From positions 705,746,001-705,810,000 of the forward strand of contig NC_091282.1 in the NCBI RefSeq assembly GCF_032444005.1: a stretch of 64,000 bases of DNA, written 5' to 3'. The notes under the pieces were generated by a model. The model was not told the DNA's origin. It saw only the letters and a list, made by a program, of their open reading frames with translations, and searched no databases. This stretch comes from Ranitomeya imitator. Its lineage: Eukaryota. The position numbers and the translations under genes were made by a program. Of this stretch, positions 12,325 to 24,225 are shown one piece after another. The first letter of the stretch is position 1; every line of letters starts with the position of its first letter.

Positions 12325-13137
12325 TGTTATGATAAGGTAATTCAGTACCACAATGGACATAGAGGTCAGAGCACATACAGTGACCTGACAATAACCCAAA
12401 AACATAGAACGAGCTCTGAGACGTGGGAACTTTGCTGACCACAATCCCTAATCCTCTCCAACCACACTAGAGGCAGCCGTGGATTGCGCCTAACGCTCCC
12501 TATGCAACTCGGCACAGCCTGAGAAACTAGCTAGCCTGAAGATAGAAAATAAGCCTACCTTGCCTCAGAGAAATACCCCAAAGGAAAAGGCAGCCCCCAC
12601 ATATAATGACTGTGAGTTAAGATGAAAAGACAAACGTAGAGATGAAATAGATTTAGCAAAGTGAGGCCCGACTTTCTGAACAGAGCGAGGATAGGAAAGG
12701 TAACTTTGCGGTCAACACAAAACCCTACAAAAACCACGCAAAGGGGGCAAAAAGACCCTCCGTACCGAACTAACGGCACGGAAGTACACCCTCTGCGTCC
12801 CAGAGCTTCCAGCAAGCAAGAAAAAACAAATAGACAAGCTGGACAGAAAAAAACAGCAAACAAAATAGCAAAGCAAAACTTAGCTATGCAGAGCAGCAGG
12901 CCACAGGAACGATCCAGGAGGAAACAGGTCCAATACTAGAACATTGACTGGAGGCCAGGATCAAAGCACTAGGTGGAGTTAAATAGAGCAGCACCTAACG
13001 ACTTCACCACATCACCTGAGGAAGGAAACTCAGAAGCCGCAGTACCACTTTCCTCCACCAACGGAAGCTCACAGAGAGAATCAGCCGAAGTACCACTTGT
13101 GACCACAGGAGGGAGCTCTGCCACAGAATTCACAACA
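12325..13137 (-). repeat. 5' LTR of chromovirus (813 bp)
   Basis: Direct repeat of 7313-8125. Contains TATTTAA (minus strand, 12985-12979) 29 nt upstream of the predicted start at 12956. Confidence 0.95.
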
Positions 13138-15252
13138 GGATACCAAGGGTCTCAGATAGAAGCCAGTTCAAACCTCATAAAACCCTATCGCAGTCGGAGG
13201 TTGATGATTTCCTGAGCTGAGGATGCCTGGGGGAAACTTTGGGACTGCTCAAATGCGGGATCTTACCCTAAAAGGGGCATTTGAAATTGTGACTGTAATA
13301 AATAGGGTTGCCCAAAAGCCATGGGCCGACACCAGGTTCCCTTAATTTGCAGTGAATGAGGAATTGCTTTATCGGGTTACGAAACAGCGAAGGGAAATAT
13401 TAGAGCAGCGATTAGTCCCGGGACCCTACAAACGTAGGGTATTAGACCTGGCCCATTCTCATGTCTTGGGGTGCATCTGGGCATAGATAAAACCCAAGAT
13501 CGGGTCCTTCAAAGGTTCTACTGGCCTGGGTGTCACTGGGAAATTGTTAATTATTGTCAGTCCTGTCCTACATGTCAATTACACTGCTACCGTTTCCCAC
13601 TTCTGCAGTTACCTAGTTCTGTTACCCATTATAGAGGCAAAAAGTGCACAACCATTTATCAGGACAACATTGTGATCTTTAGCCCAGATTGGGGAAGTCA
13701 CCTGTAGAAGGTCCAGGCGGTTCTGGATGCACTGAGGAAGGCAGGGTTTAACATAAACCCAAAGAAGTGGGCCCTGAGGAAAGAAGAGGCCAAAAACTTG
13801 GGCTACATCTGCAGGAGGGGCAAAATAAAGTCGCAAATAGATAAGGTGGAGGCAATCCATAAGTGTCCACAACCGGTCTCCAAAAGGCAGGTCAGGGCGT
13901 TTCTGAGAATTCTGGGATACTATTGGCAATTTATCCCAAATTTCACCATGATAGCCACCCCCCTGACTGATCTTCTCAAGTGCACAAATAAGTCAATGGC
14001 CAATGGTCCTCTGAAGCAGAGATGGCATTCCAGGAATTGAAGCTCGCCCTGTCCAGACAGCCGATCTTGGTGGCACCAGATTTCGCTAAAGAGTTTTTGC
14101 TCCAGACAGACACCTCCGACGTTGAGGTTGGGAGCTGTGTTGTTTCAGGAGATAGATGGGACGAACATCCAGTCCTATACCTAAGTAGGTAATTCCCTAC
14201 TGTGAAAAGAACTATGCCATTGTAGAAAAAGAGTGCTTGGCCATCAAACAGGCAATTGACAGCCTGAGATACTACCTGTTAGGCCGCAAGTTCAGGTTAG
14301 TGATGTGTCAGATCATACACCTGTGCTATCCCTGTGTTGCTCCAAAGCAGGCAGCTCACGGCAGATGTATGGACTGTGTTACAGCATTTAGTTTTTTTGT
14401 TTTCCTGTTGTGCCCAAAGGGCTGTTTATTTTTCCTTTCATTTTGGTTTATGCAGTCTATGTAATAAGCCATCAGAAGATTTAAAGAGACAGTGTCCTGT
14501 TTTCTACCTTCGTGTACCGCTGAATGAGCTAAACTACCATAATATATACAGTAGGGAAAATGAAGAATGCAAAGAATGGAGAGGTCTGTAATTTTTATTT
14601 TCGGTACACTTCAACTGTCAGAGACAGAATCTACAATTAAAAAACAGAAAATCACATTGTATGATTTTTAAATAATTAAATTGCAATTTATTACATGAAA
14701 AAAGTATTTGATCACCTTCCAAACAGCAAGAATTCTGCTTCTCACAGACCTGTTAGTTTTTGTTTTTTAAGAAGCCCTCCTACTCTGCATGCATTACCTG
14801 TATTAATTGCACCTGTTTGAACTCAATACCTATATAAAAGACACCTGTCCACACACTCAATCACACTCCAACCTCTCCACCAGGGCCAAGACCAAAGAGC
14901 TGTCTAAGGACACCAGGGACAAAATTGCTCACCATTCAAGACTCCATTGCGGAACAAAAAGCATGTTCATGATTGTTTAAAGTTTGCGCAACAACATTTA
15001 GACAAGCCTGAGAATTACTGGGAGAATATAGTCTTGTCAGATGAGATCAAAATTGAACTCTTTGAATGCATAATACACACCATGTTTGAAGGCCAAAAGG
15101 CACTGCATATCACCCCAAAAACACCATACCAGCAGTGAAGTTTGGAGGTGGAAACATAATGTTGTGAGGCTCTTTTTCAGAATTCGGCACTGTAAAACTT
15201 CATATAATTGAAGGAAGATAATGAATGAACAAATGTACAAATACATTCTTAA

Positions 15253-18200
15253 CCCCTTTACCCCCAAGGGTGGTTTGCACGTTAATGACCGGGCCAATTT
15301 TTACAATTCTGACCACTGTCCCTTTATGAGGTTATAACTCTGGAACGCTTCAACGGATCCCAGTGATTCTGACATTGTTTTCTCGTGACATATTGTACTT
15401 CATGACAGTGGTAACATGTCTTTGATATTACCTGCATTTATTTGTGAAAAAAACGGAAACTTGGCGAAAATTATGAAAATTTCGCACTTTTCCAACTTTG
15501 AATTTTTATGCAATTAAATCACAGAGATATGTCACACAAAATACTTACTAAGTAACATTTCCCACATGTCTACTTTACATCAGCACAATTTTAGAACCAA
15601 AATTTTTTTGTTAGGGAGTTATAAGGGTTAAAAGTTGACCAGCAATTTCTCATTTTTACAACACCATTTTTTTTTAGGGACCACATCTCATTTGAAGTCA
15701 TTTTGAGGGGTCTATATGATAGAAAATACCCAAGTGTGACACCATTCTAAAAACTGCACCCCTCATGGTGCTCAAAACCATATTCAAGAAGTTTATTAAC
15801 CCTTCTGGTGCTTCACAGGAATTTTTGGAATGTTTAAATAAAAATGAACATTTAACTTTTTTTCACAAAAAATTTACTTCAGCTCCAATTTGTTTTATTT
15901 TACCAAGGGTAACAGGAGAAAATGGTCTCCAAAAGTTGTTGTACAATCTGTCCTGAGTACACCGATACCCCATATGTGGGGGTAAACCACTGTTTGAGCG
16001 CATGACAGAGCTCGGAAGCGAAGGAGCGCCGTTTGACTTTTCAATGCAAAATTGACTGGAATTGAGATGGGACACCATGTTGCGTTTGGAGAGCCCCTGA
16101 TGTGCCTAAACATTGAAACCCCCCACAATTGACACCATTTTGGAAAGTAGACCCCCTAAGGAACTTATCTAGAGGTGTGGTGAGCACTTTGACCCACCAA
16201 GTGCTTCACAGAAGTTTATAATGCAGAACCGTAAAAAAAAAAAATCATATTTTTTCACAAAAATTATCTTTTCGCCCCCAATGTTTTATTTTCCCAAGGG
16301 TAAGAGAAGAAATTGGACCCCAAAAGTTGTTGTACAATTTGTCCTGAGTACGCTGATACCCCATATGTGGGGGTAAACCACTGTTTGGGCGCATGGGAGA
16401 GCTCGGAAGGGAAGGAGCGCCGTTTGACTTTTCAATGCAAAATTGACAGGAATTGAGATGGGACGCCATGTTGCGTTTAGAGAGCCACTGATGTGCCTAA
16501 ACATTGAAACCCCCCACAATTGACACCATTTTGGAAAGTAGACCCCCTAAGGAACTTATCTAGATGTGTTTTGAGCGCTTTGACCAACCAAGGGCTTCAC
16601 AGAAATTTATAATGCAGAGCCGTAAAAATAAAACAAAAATTTTTTCCCACAAAAATTATTTTTTTAGCCCCCAGTTTTGTATTTTCCCAAGGGTAACAGG
16701 AGAAATTAGACCACAAAATTTGTTGCCCAATTTGTCCTGAGTGCGCTGATACCCCATAAGTGGGGGGAACCACTGTTTGGGCACATGGGAGGGCTCGGAA
16801 GGGAAGGAGCGCCATTTGGAATGCAGACTTAGATGGAATGGTCTGCAGGTGTCACATTGCGTTTGCAGAGCCCCTAATGTACCTAAACAGTAGAAACCCC
16901 CCACAAGTGACACCATTTTGGAAAGTAGACCCCCTAAGGAACTTATCTAGATGTGTGGTGAGCGCTTTGACCCACCAAGGGCTTCACAGAAGTTTATAAT
17001 GAAGAGCCATAAAAATAAAACAAAAATTTTTTCCCACAAAAATTATTTTTTAGCCCCCAGTTTTGTATTTTCCCAAGGGTAACAGGAAAAATTGGACCCC
17101 AAAAGTTGTTGTCCTATTTGTCCTGAGTACGCTGATACCCCATATGTTGGGGTAAACCCCTGTTTGGGCACACGGGAGAGCTCGGAAGGGAAGGAGCACT
17201 GTTTTACTTTTTCAACGCAGAATTGGCTGGAATTGAGATCGGACGCCATGTCGTGTTTGGAGAGCCCCTGATGTGCCTAAACAGTGGAAACCCCCCAATT
17301 ATAACTGAAACCCTAATCCAAACACACCCCTAACCCTAATTCCAACGGTAACCCTAACCACACCTCTAACCCTGACACACCCATAACCCTAATCCCATCC
17401 CTATTCCCAACTGTAAATGTAATCTAAACCCTAACCCTAACTTTAGCCCCAACCCTAACTGTAGCCCCAANNNNNNNNNNNNNNNNNNNNNNNNNNNNNN
17501 NNNNNNNNNNNNNNNNNNNNNNNNNNNNNNNNNNNNNNNNNNNNNNNNNNNNNNNNNNNNNNNNNNNNNNNNNNNNNNNNNNNNNNNNNNNNNNNNNNNN
17601 NNNNNNNNNNNNNNNNNNNNNNNNNNNNNNNNNNNNNNNNNNNNATGGAAATAAATACATTTTTTTAATTTTTCCCTAACTAAGGGGGTGATGAAGGGGG
17701 GTTTGATTTACTTTTATAGCGAGTTTTTTAGCGGATTTTTATGATTGGCAGCCGTCACACACTGAAAGACGCTTTTTATTGCAAAAAATATTTTTTGCTA
17801 TAATTTTTCCATATTTTGGTCCACAGAGTCATGTGAGGTCTTGTTTTTTGCGGGACGAGTTGACATTTTTACTCGTAACATTTTCGGGCACGTGACATTT
17901 TTTGATCGCTTTTTATTCCGATTTTTGTGAGGAAGAATGACCAAAAACCAGCTATTCATGAATTTCTTTTGGAGGAGGAGTTCATACCGTTCCGCGTTTG
18001 GTAAAATTGATAAAGCAGTTTTATTCTTCGGGTCAGTACGATTACAGCGACACCTCATTTATATAATTTTTTTATGTTTTGGCGCTTTTATACGATAAAA
18101 ACTATTTTACAGAAAAAATAATTATTTTTGTATCGCTTTATTCTGAGGACTATAACTTTTTTATTTTTTTGCTGATGATGCTGTGTGGCGGCTCGTTTTT

Positions 18201-18943
18201 TGCAGGACAAGATGACGCTTTCAGCGGTACCATGGTTATTTATATCTGTCTTTTTGATCGCGTGTTATTCCACTTTGAGTTCGGCGGTATGATAATAAAG
18301 CGTTGTTTTTTGCCTCGTTTTTTTTTTTCTTTTCTTACGGTGTTTACTGAAGGGGTTAACTAGTGGGCCAGTTTTATAGGTCGGGTCGTTACGGACGCGG
18401 CGATACTAAATATGTGTACTTTTATTGTTTGTTTTTTTTATTTAGATGAAGAAATGTATTTATGGGAATAATTTTTTTTTTTTCATTATTTAGGAATATT
18501 TTTTTTTTTACACATTTGGAAAAAATTTTTTTTACTTTTTTATTTTGTCCCAGGGGGGGACATCACAGATCAATGATCTGACAGTTTGCATAGCACTCTG
18601 TCAGATCACTGATCTGACTTGCAGCGCTGCAGGCTTCACAGTGCCTGCTCTGAGCAGGCTCTGTGAAGCCACCTCCCTCCCTGCAGGACCCGGATCCGCG
18701 GCCATCTTGGATCCGGGGCTGGAGCAGGCAGGGAGGGAGGTAAGACCCTCGCAGCAACGCGGTCCGTGACTGCTCCTGGCACATAGTGCCGGATGTCAGC
18801 TGCGATAAGCAGCTGACTCCCGGCCGCGATCGGCGGCGCTCCCCCCGTGAGCGCTGCCGATCGAATATGACGTACTATCCCGTCGGTGGTCATAGGGGCC
18901 CACCCCACCTCGACGGGATAGTACGTCTGATGTCAGACAGGGG
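15253..18943. mobile_element. Non-autonomous piggyBac-like (Tx1D-type) DNA transposon with internal ~390-bp tandem repeats
   Basis: TTAA|CCCC...GGGG|TTAA, flanked by contiguous Tc1 sequence. Repeat anchors ccaagggtaa at 15903, 16294, 16687 and 17073. Degenerate (CCCTAA)n at 17309-17470. Contains the N gap. Confidence 0.85.
17471..17644. other. Assembly gap or masked run (174 N)
   Basis: Run of n directly after degenerate CCCTAA repeats. Confidence 0.99.
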
Positions 18944-19176
18944 TTAATAAAAATCTGCTGCCATTTACCAGGATGATAAATACGAGGGTGGACATTTCAT
19001 CAAGACAATGATCCCAAACACACAGTTAAGGAAACTCTCAACTGGTTTCAGAGATATGAAATAAAGCTGATAGACTGGCCCAGCCAATCGCCTGTCTATT
19101 ATCACCTGCCACCTACACAAGATAATCAATACTATTTACTTCATTTTTAGTTGGTTGATGTAAAGTATACACTTAA

Positions 19177-20200
19177 AAAAGGTTATCTGGGACTTTGTGA
19201 GGGGTTTTCTCATTGTGCTAACAACTTACCAGTAGGTTGTAATGCCTGCTGCAGCGCAGTAGCACACAAACTCCACCAGGGGGTGCGGGTGAAGGAAAAC
19301 AGGTACACTCACAGTGAAACACAGGGCAGCAGTCAGAAGCCATTAGGTGGCGAAAGAGTAGTCAGAAAAAGCCGGGTCAGCAACAGAGAGGGAATGAAGT
19401 ACCAGAGGTCAGAAACAAGCCAATGAAGTCAGAGCTGACCGGGAGCAGGAAAGCCAGAGACACAAGACAGTCAAACAGGTCAGAGGACAAGCCGACTCAA
19501 ATTCCAAGGGGTCACAACACAGAGAGCGAGTACTACAACGAGCGAAGTCACAGGGGAACACAGGAAAGGGACCTAGGTAAACAGGCAGAGGACAAATCAG
19601 GGTATAAAGGGTCAGCTGCTCAAGCCAGAGACAAGAACTATAACTGACACTGGTTGCCGGTAACAGCGGACTGAAATAGCCAGACAGATCCCAAAATGAG
19701 GCAAGGAAGATTAACCCCCACATGACCATCCCGGGGAGAGAATAATCAGAAACAAATCCCGGACTGGATCATGACAAGGTAGTTATTAACTACATGCCTG
19801 TTCTGCCCTGCAATGATTTGTTCTAGCTCAGGCATTGATTATCCAGCTTCCTTTGACCTCACCACAATAGAGCAGCTCTTTCTCTTCCATTCTGCTCTGT
19901 GGAGTGAGCGTTACTGCTAATGTCATTCTGATTGACAGCTGGCTCACCGCAGTTAGGTAGTGGGGAGCCGGTTGTCAATAATCATGAAACTGGCAGTGAC
20001 GGCCCTTCAACAGAGCAGAGTGGAAGAGAAGGATCTGCTGTGTTTACGTGATGTCACCAGAAACAAAAGAATCCCTGGCAGGAGTGTTCCATGACCATTC
20101 TGAGTTGGAACAAATCATTGCAGGGCAGAACAGGCAGTCATCAACTACCTGCCAATAAGTTCTTAGTTCCACAGGGAAAAAAAAGTCATGGATAACACCT
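19177..20200. mobile_element. TTAA-target palindromic MITE (Kolobok/T2-like) with a solo LTR inserted in its left arm
   Basis: The right end ...ggataacacct|TTAA and the arm gcagggcagaacaggcagtcatcaactacctgccaataagttcttag are complementary to the left arm once 19238-19780 is removed. Confidence 0.65.
19238..19776. mobile_element. Solo LTR (539 bp)
   Basis: TGTAATG...CATGACA with a 4-bp TSD AGGT on both sides and an internal TATAAA. Confidence 0.8.
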
Positions 20201-20850
20201 TTAATTGTGATGATGCCATAAAGTATATTGCCTGTATGCTCCATTTGTGCTATTATGTGACGGGTCAGTTTTCAGCATGAGTTCCCGTCTTTCTTTTTCT
20301 TTAAAAGAATAGAAAAACAGAACACAGAACGCCAGTGTCATCCGAGCCTAAGCCCTATTGTGATCAAGTCGCAGTAGTGCTTACCTTGGGATTTATAGGC
20401 TGCAATATAGTTTGATGATTTCTGAATAGTAACTGTAGCTTTGGCTTTATTGAAAGATGTAAAAAAAAAACGATACTCACAAAATATCTGTGCCAGGGAT
20501 AATTTTTGATTGTGTATATTTGGTATCAGTGCACTTAAGGGAGATTTGTTTCTAAAATATATATTAGCCTTGGTCATATGGTTTCTGGCTTTGCATCTAC
20601 AGCCAGCGCTACTCGTACATCACTACAAAAAGTATGTAAATTTTAATTCTTTAGAAAAGAACCTATTGATTGACAGTGATCAACAAAGCTCAAATTTTCT
20701 CCAAGAACAAAGCCCGTAGTACCAACGATACCAACTGGAGACAAAGTGGAGAAATTACCTAAAACCCCCTTGATTGACAATTACTTACAGAGACAAGCTT
20801 CAGGCATTTTAGAGTAGTTAAAAGGCTGTTCCATAAATAGAGGATCTCAC

Positions 20851-20991
20851 CTTAATGTAGTACTTTAACGCTCCTCTGTAGAGATAAGCTCTTACGCTGC
20901 GTGGCTGTACTTTGATTGCAGAATTGCAATTCATGATGGCTTTGGAATATCGCTTTCTAAATCCATAGAAAGCTGCTCGGCACAAATAGGC
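20851..20991 (-). CDS. TTC6: TTC6 coding exon, 141 nt
   Basis: aatgcag|GCC...AAG|gtgaga. AYLCRAAFYGFRKRYSKAIMNCNSAIKVQPRSVRAYLYRGALKYYIK, the strongest match to recalled TTC6. Phase 0/0. Confidence 0.92.
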
Positions 20992-21502
20992 CTGCATTAA
21001 AAAGCAAATTATTATGGTAGGAAGTGCAGGATGAATATGAACAGCTGTGCCCCACACTTAACAGCAGATGAAAACATACTGTACCTACATTCAAAAGTCA
21101 TCATACAAACACACCTGCAACATACGGATACAAAAGAAATACAACATGCCCGATACCAAAGGATGTGCTCCATTCATATTACTTAGATAGTAAATCCAGC
21201 TCTTCACTAATTAATATTTCTTGAGGCTCCTGAGCACCCATTGCAAAATTTTTAACATCCTCATCTCTACAGTTATTTTATGCTGCTAGTCTCATCATAT
21301 GAGGCAGAGACCTTTTGGACCCCTTCAGACTTCTAGGCCCAAGTGTGACTGCAACCTACAGTATGTACCCCCTATAGTACCACTTTTGCGGATCATGCAC
21401 ACCACTACAACACGATCAATCAATACCATCAAATTAATTTAACAACTCCCCTCTTCCGCAAAATATATTACATTTTTAGCTTGAATCAATATCTTTTTGC
21501 AC

Positions 21503-21652
21503 CTGAAAATGTTCTGGGTTTATCTCAAGGGTTTTATTGAAATCCTGCACACAGTTTGCTTGTTGGAGACGCATTCGGCAGAGTCCTCGTTGATAATAGG
21601 CATCGCAAAAACCAGAGCGATTCTTCACTGCACTGGTCAAAGCCTCAAGAGC
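21503..21652 (-). CDS. TTC6: TTC6 coding exon, 150 nt
   Basis: aatccag|GCT...CAG|gtgcaa. ALEALTSAVKNRSGFCDAYYQRGLCRMRLQQANCVQDFNKTLEINPEHFQ. Phase 0/0. Confidence 0.9.
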
Positions 21653-21810
21653 CTGGATTATATTGGAGTGTTGATTGCAGAAGATATAATGGATATATAT
21701 GACAGCTTTACATATTATGAACAGTCAGCATCAATAAATCAATACAGAAAAGTGATAATAAGAAATATGTGATGATATGAAACTATAAGCTGGCAAATCC
21801 ACCCACTTAA

Positions 21811-22193
21811 AGGGATTGTCTGGTCTTAGGCGACAAGTCTGCCGATACTCTATGCGACTGCAGACTTGTGAATTCTCACATCGTGCGCACTGCGCGTTGT
21901 GAAGATTGTCCACGGCTGGTGCTGGGACCACCGGGCATGTAAACGCAAGTATGTGATTTGTATACGTGCGGTCACCTGCCGACTAGATGGCAGTGACCTC
22001 GCTCTATACAAGTGTATTGAATGAAGCCGGACACGTCTAGTTGGAATGCGGGCAAAAGTATGCAGATCGTATACTTGTGGTCACATGACCGCCCATCCCT
22101 ATTGCCGGCACCGGAAAATTCTCCTGTGAGGATTCAAAAGTCTATAGTCACGTAAAGTGACAGCAGACTTGTGGCCTAATGCCGGATAACCCT
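21811..22193. mobile_element. Degenerate Kolobok/T2-like MITE
   Basis: TTAA|AGGGATTGTCTGG...CCGGATAACCCT|TTAA with imperfect long inverted arms. Confidence 0.65.
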
Positions 22194-23087
22194 TTAACAT
22201 GATTGGCATAATAGAGGAATAATCATTTTTTAAAGGACAAAAAGAGTCTAGAAAGATTCCAGAACTGAGTTAATGTTTAATGAACATGACAGCGTGGAGG
22301 CATTCGATGGCCATGTTTGATCTAGTGACAGACCGGATTTAAGGTAACTACTGCTTCATTGTACATTGAATCAAAAGCACTAATGCCCTGTGGCATTATA
22401 ATACTGTTTCCAAAGTATCTCCAAAACGACCGCAGTATATGGAAGAACACCAGTCACTGGCAATGTTATGTTGCAAATGTGTGTATTTAGCATTTTATCC
22501 TGAAGTATTACTAGGCCACCAGCAGTTCAATACAACTCTCATTATACCCATCAGTCTCATTTATACTGAGTCAGGCTGAAGAGTGAAACACCACAAATGG
22601 GAAGCATCGCCTTCTGAGCGTGCTCAAGTAGCCACGTGAAAACTTTTATTTGTATGTATACTTTAAAAGAACAAACCTTATTGGAAAAACTAAATCTCAA
22701 ATGATGCATTCCTTTCACAAGGAATTAAGAACGTGCTGTCCATGGTGCTGAATTAAAATTACAACATGATGAGAGTGATAGAAAATACAATTAACAAGTT
22801 AATATAATAACAGTCAAATATATAGTACTATTCAAAATGTCACTGCCTACAGTCCCTAATAATGCAAAGTCCCCATTTCACAGATTCCTGATACTCAATA
22901 TTGCCACTATGATTGTACCCATTTCAGTTTGACAGTAATATTACTATCCAACTGCACTGGCCAGACAGTGATGTAGCCGAAATTGAGCATAGTTGGATAC
23001 CTGGTCCTCTATACCATACTATGTATATACATGTGCTTTATACAAATAAGATAAGATACACACAGAAAGTTTTTATCACCCACTCAC

Positions 23088-23207
23088 CTGGAGAAATTTA
23101 AGTTGCTCCATGTAACACAGGCCTAGCAGGTAGAAAACTTCGGCCTTATCAGAGGTGGGTGATTGGTTCAATAGGTCAAGTGCCTGTCTGAAGCTTTCAC
23201 TTGCATC
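23088..23207 (-). CDS. TTC6: TTC6 coding exon, 120 nt
   Basis: ttaatag|GAT...CAG|gtgagt. DASESFRQALDLLNQSPTSDKAEVFYLLGLCYMEQLKFLQ. Phase 0/0. Confidence 0.88.
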
Positions 23208-23266
23208 CTATTAAATTGTGCAGGTACAATTTTATTATAAAAAAGGAACAACTATTAGCTTATTAT

Positions 23267-23592
23267 TAGTGATGAGCAAGTATTATTATTATTGTTATAA
23301 TATACTCATTGCTCGGGTTTTCCCTAGCACGGGTGGTCTCCGAGTATTTGTGACTACTCAGAGATTTAGTTTTCCTTGCCTCATCTGCATGATTTGCAGC
23401 TACTAGCCAGCTTGATTACATGTGGGGATTCCCTAGCAACCAGGCAACCCCCACATGTACTCAGGCTGGCTAGCAGCTGTAAATAATGCAGCTGCGTCAA
23501 CAAAAACTAAATCTCCGAGCAGCCACAAATACTCGGAGACCACCTGAGCGTGCTCGGGAAAACCGAGCAACAAGTATACTCTCTCATCACTA
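23267..23592. mobile_element. hAT-like palindromic MITE
   Basis: TAGTGATGAG...CTCATCACTA termini, long inverted arms, and 8-bp flanks CTTATTAT / CTTATCTT (6 of 8 match). Confidence 0.65.
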
Positions 23593-23897
23593 CTTATCTT
23601 TTCTGACTTTCTACAACAAGTTGCAGAACTTTAGGTTCACAGTCATTGTCTGTGACATATCCATTTATAATTAAAAACAAAAAAAGAAAAGAAAAACATA
23701 GTACAATTCTGCATGAAAACTAAAGTAACTCTGAAAATGGTTTTCAATAAAAATGTCCTCCTGTTTTATGTTAGCAGCGTCTATACAGTGTTTCCAAACT
23801 ACAGACTGCAGCCTTGTGAAGTCTGATCCTCCCTTTTATTTTTCCCCCTATTACTTTTTCCCCTATTACTTGATAAACTGCATTCAGTGCATTTTAA

Positions 23898-24225
23898 AGG
23901 GAACCTGTCACCTGAATTTGGCGGGACTGGTTTTGGGTCATATGGGCGGAGTTTTTGGGTGTTTGATTCACCTTTTCCTTACCCGCTGGCTGCATGCTGG
24001 CTGCAATATTGGATTTAAGTTCATTCTCTGTCCTCCATAGTACACGCCTGCACAAGGAAAGATTGCTTTGCGCAGGCGTGTACTATGGAGGACAGAGAAT
24101 GAACTTCAATCCAATATTGCAGCCAGCATGCAGCCAACGGGTAAGGAAAGGGTGAATCAAACATCCGAAAACTCCGCCCATATGACCCAAAACCAGTCCC
24201 GCCAAATTCAGGTGACAGAGTCCCT
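23898..24225. mobile_element. 328-bp near-perfect palindromic Kolobok/T2-like MITE (copy 1)
   Basis: TTAA|AGGGAACCTGTCACC...GGTGACAGAGTCCCT|TTAA with ~160-bp arms; about 9 differences from the copy at 63045. Confidence 0.9.

Larger units (their letters stand above)
7313..13137 (-). mobile_element. Full-length, very young Ty3/gypsy chromovirus (Tf1/sushi group) LTR retrotransposon
   Basis: Two 813-bp LTRs bounded TGTT...AACA, with 2 differences seen by eye. GGATAC flanks both ends. Single 1394-codon gag-pol ORF, polypurine tract and self-priming site. Confidence 0.97.
6200..14310 (+). mobile_element. Second decayed Gmr1-like gypsy element (SCAN-gag, protease stub, IN Zn-finger, RT/RNase H), interrupted by L2 and by the intact chromovirus
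   Basis: SCAN-like gag LVQKWLQPEASTPAQMVKQVVMDRFIHSLPRPVQTWV (6229-6624). Protease end VIIGRDFSLFWDLW at about 7256-7300 continues after 13143. HLGIDKTQDRVLQRFYWPG..CQSCPTCQ (13471-), then RT/RH YAIVEKECLAIK. IN core is deleted. Confidence 0.78.
14549..19150 (+). mobile_element. Decayed Tc1/mariner element(s), split at TTAA by a Tx1D-like insertion
   Basis: TA|CAGTAGGGAAAA left end. Transposase remnants HVHDCLKFAQQHLDKPENYWENIVLSDEIKIE (14947-) and KFGGGNIM. The sequence resumes at 18948 (HQDNDPKHT-like). Possibly a chimera of two Tc1 families. Confidence 0.7.

Noticed and set aside
17309-17470. Possible true telomere or chromosome-fusion site
   Set aside because: The repeats are degenerate and occur at the same place in a second copy of the same transposon (38138-38326).
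17471-17644. N run hiding a feature
   Set aside because: No information is available; it lies within a repeat tract where gaps are expected.
20338-20577. Strong donor (AAG|gtaagc near 20384) suggesting an extra TTC6 exon
   Set aside because: No TPR-like peptide, no suitable in-phase acceptor, and the flanking exons already join cleanly.
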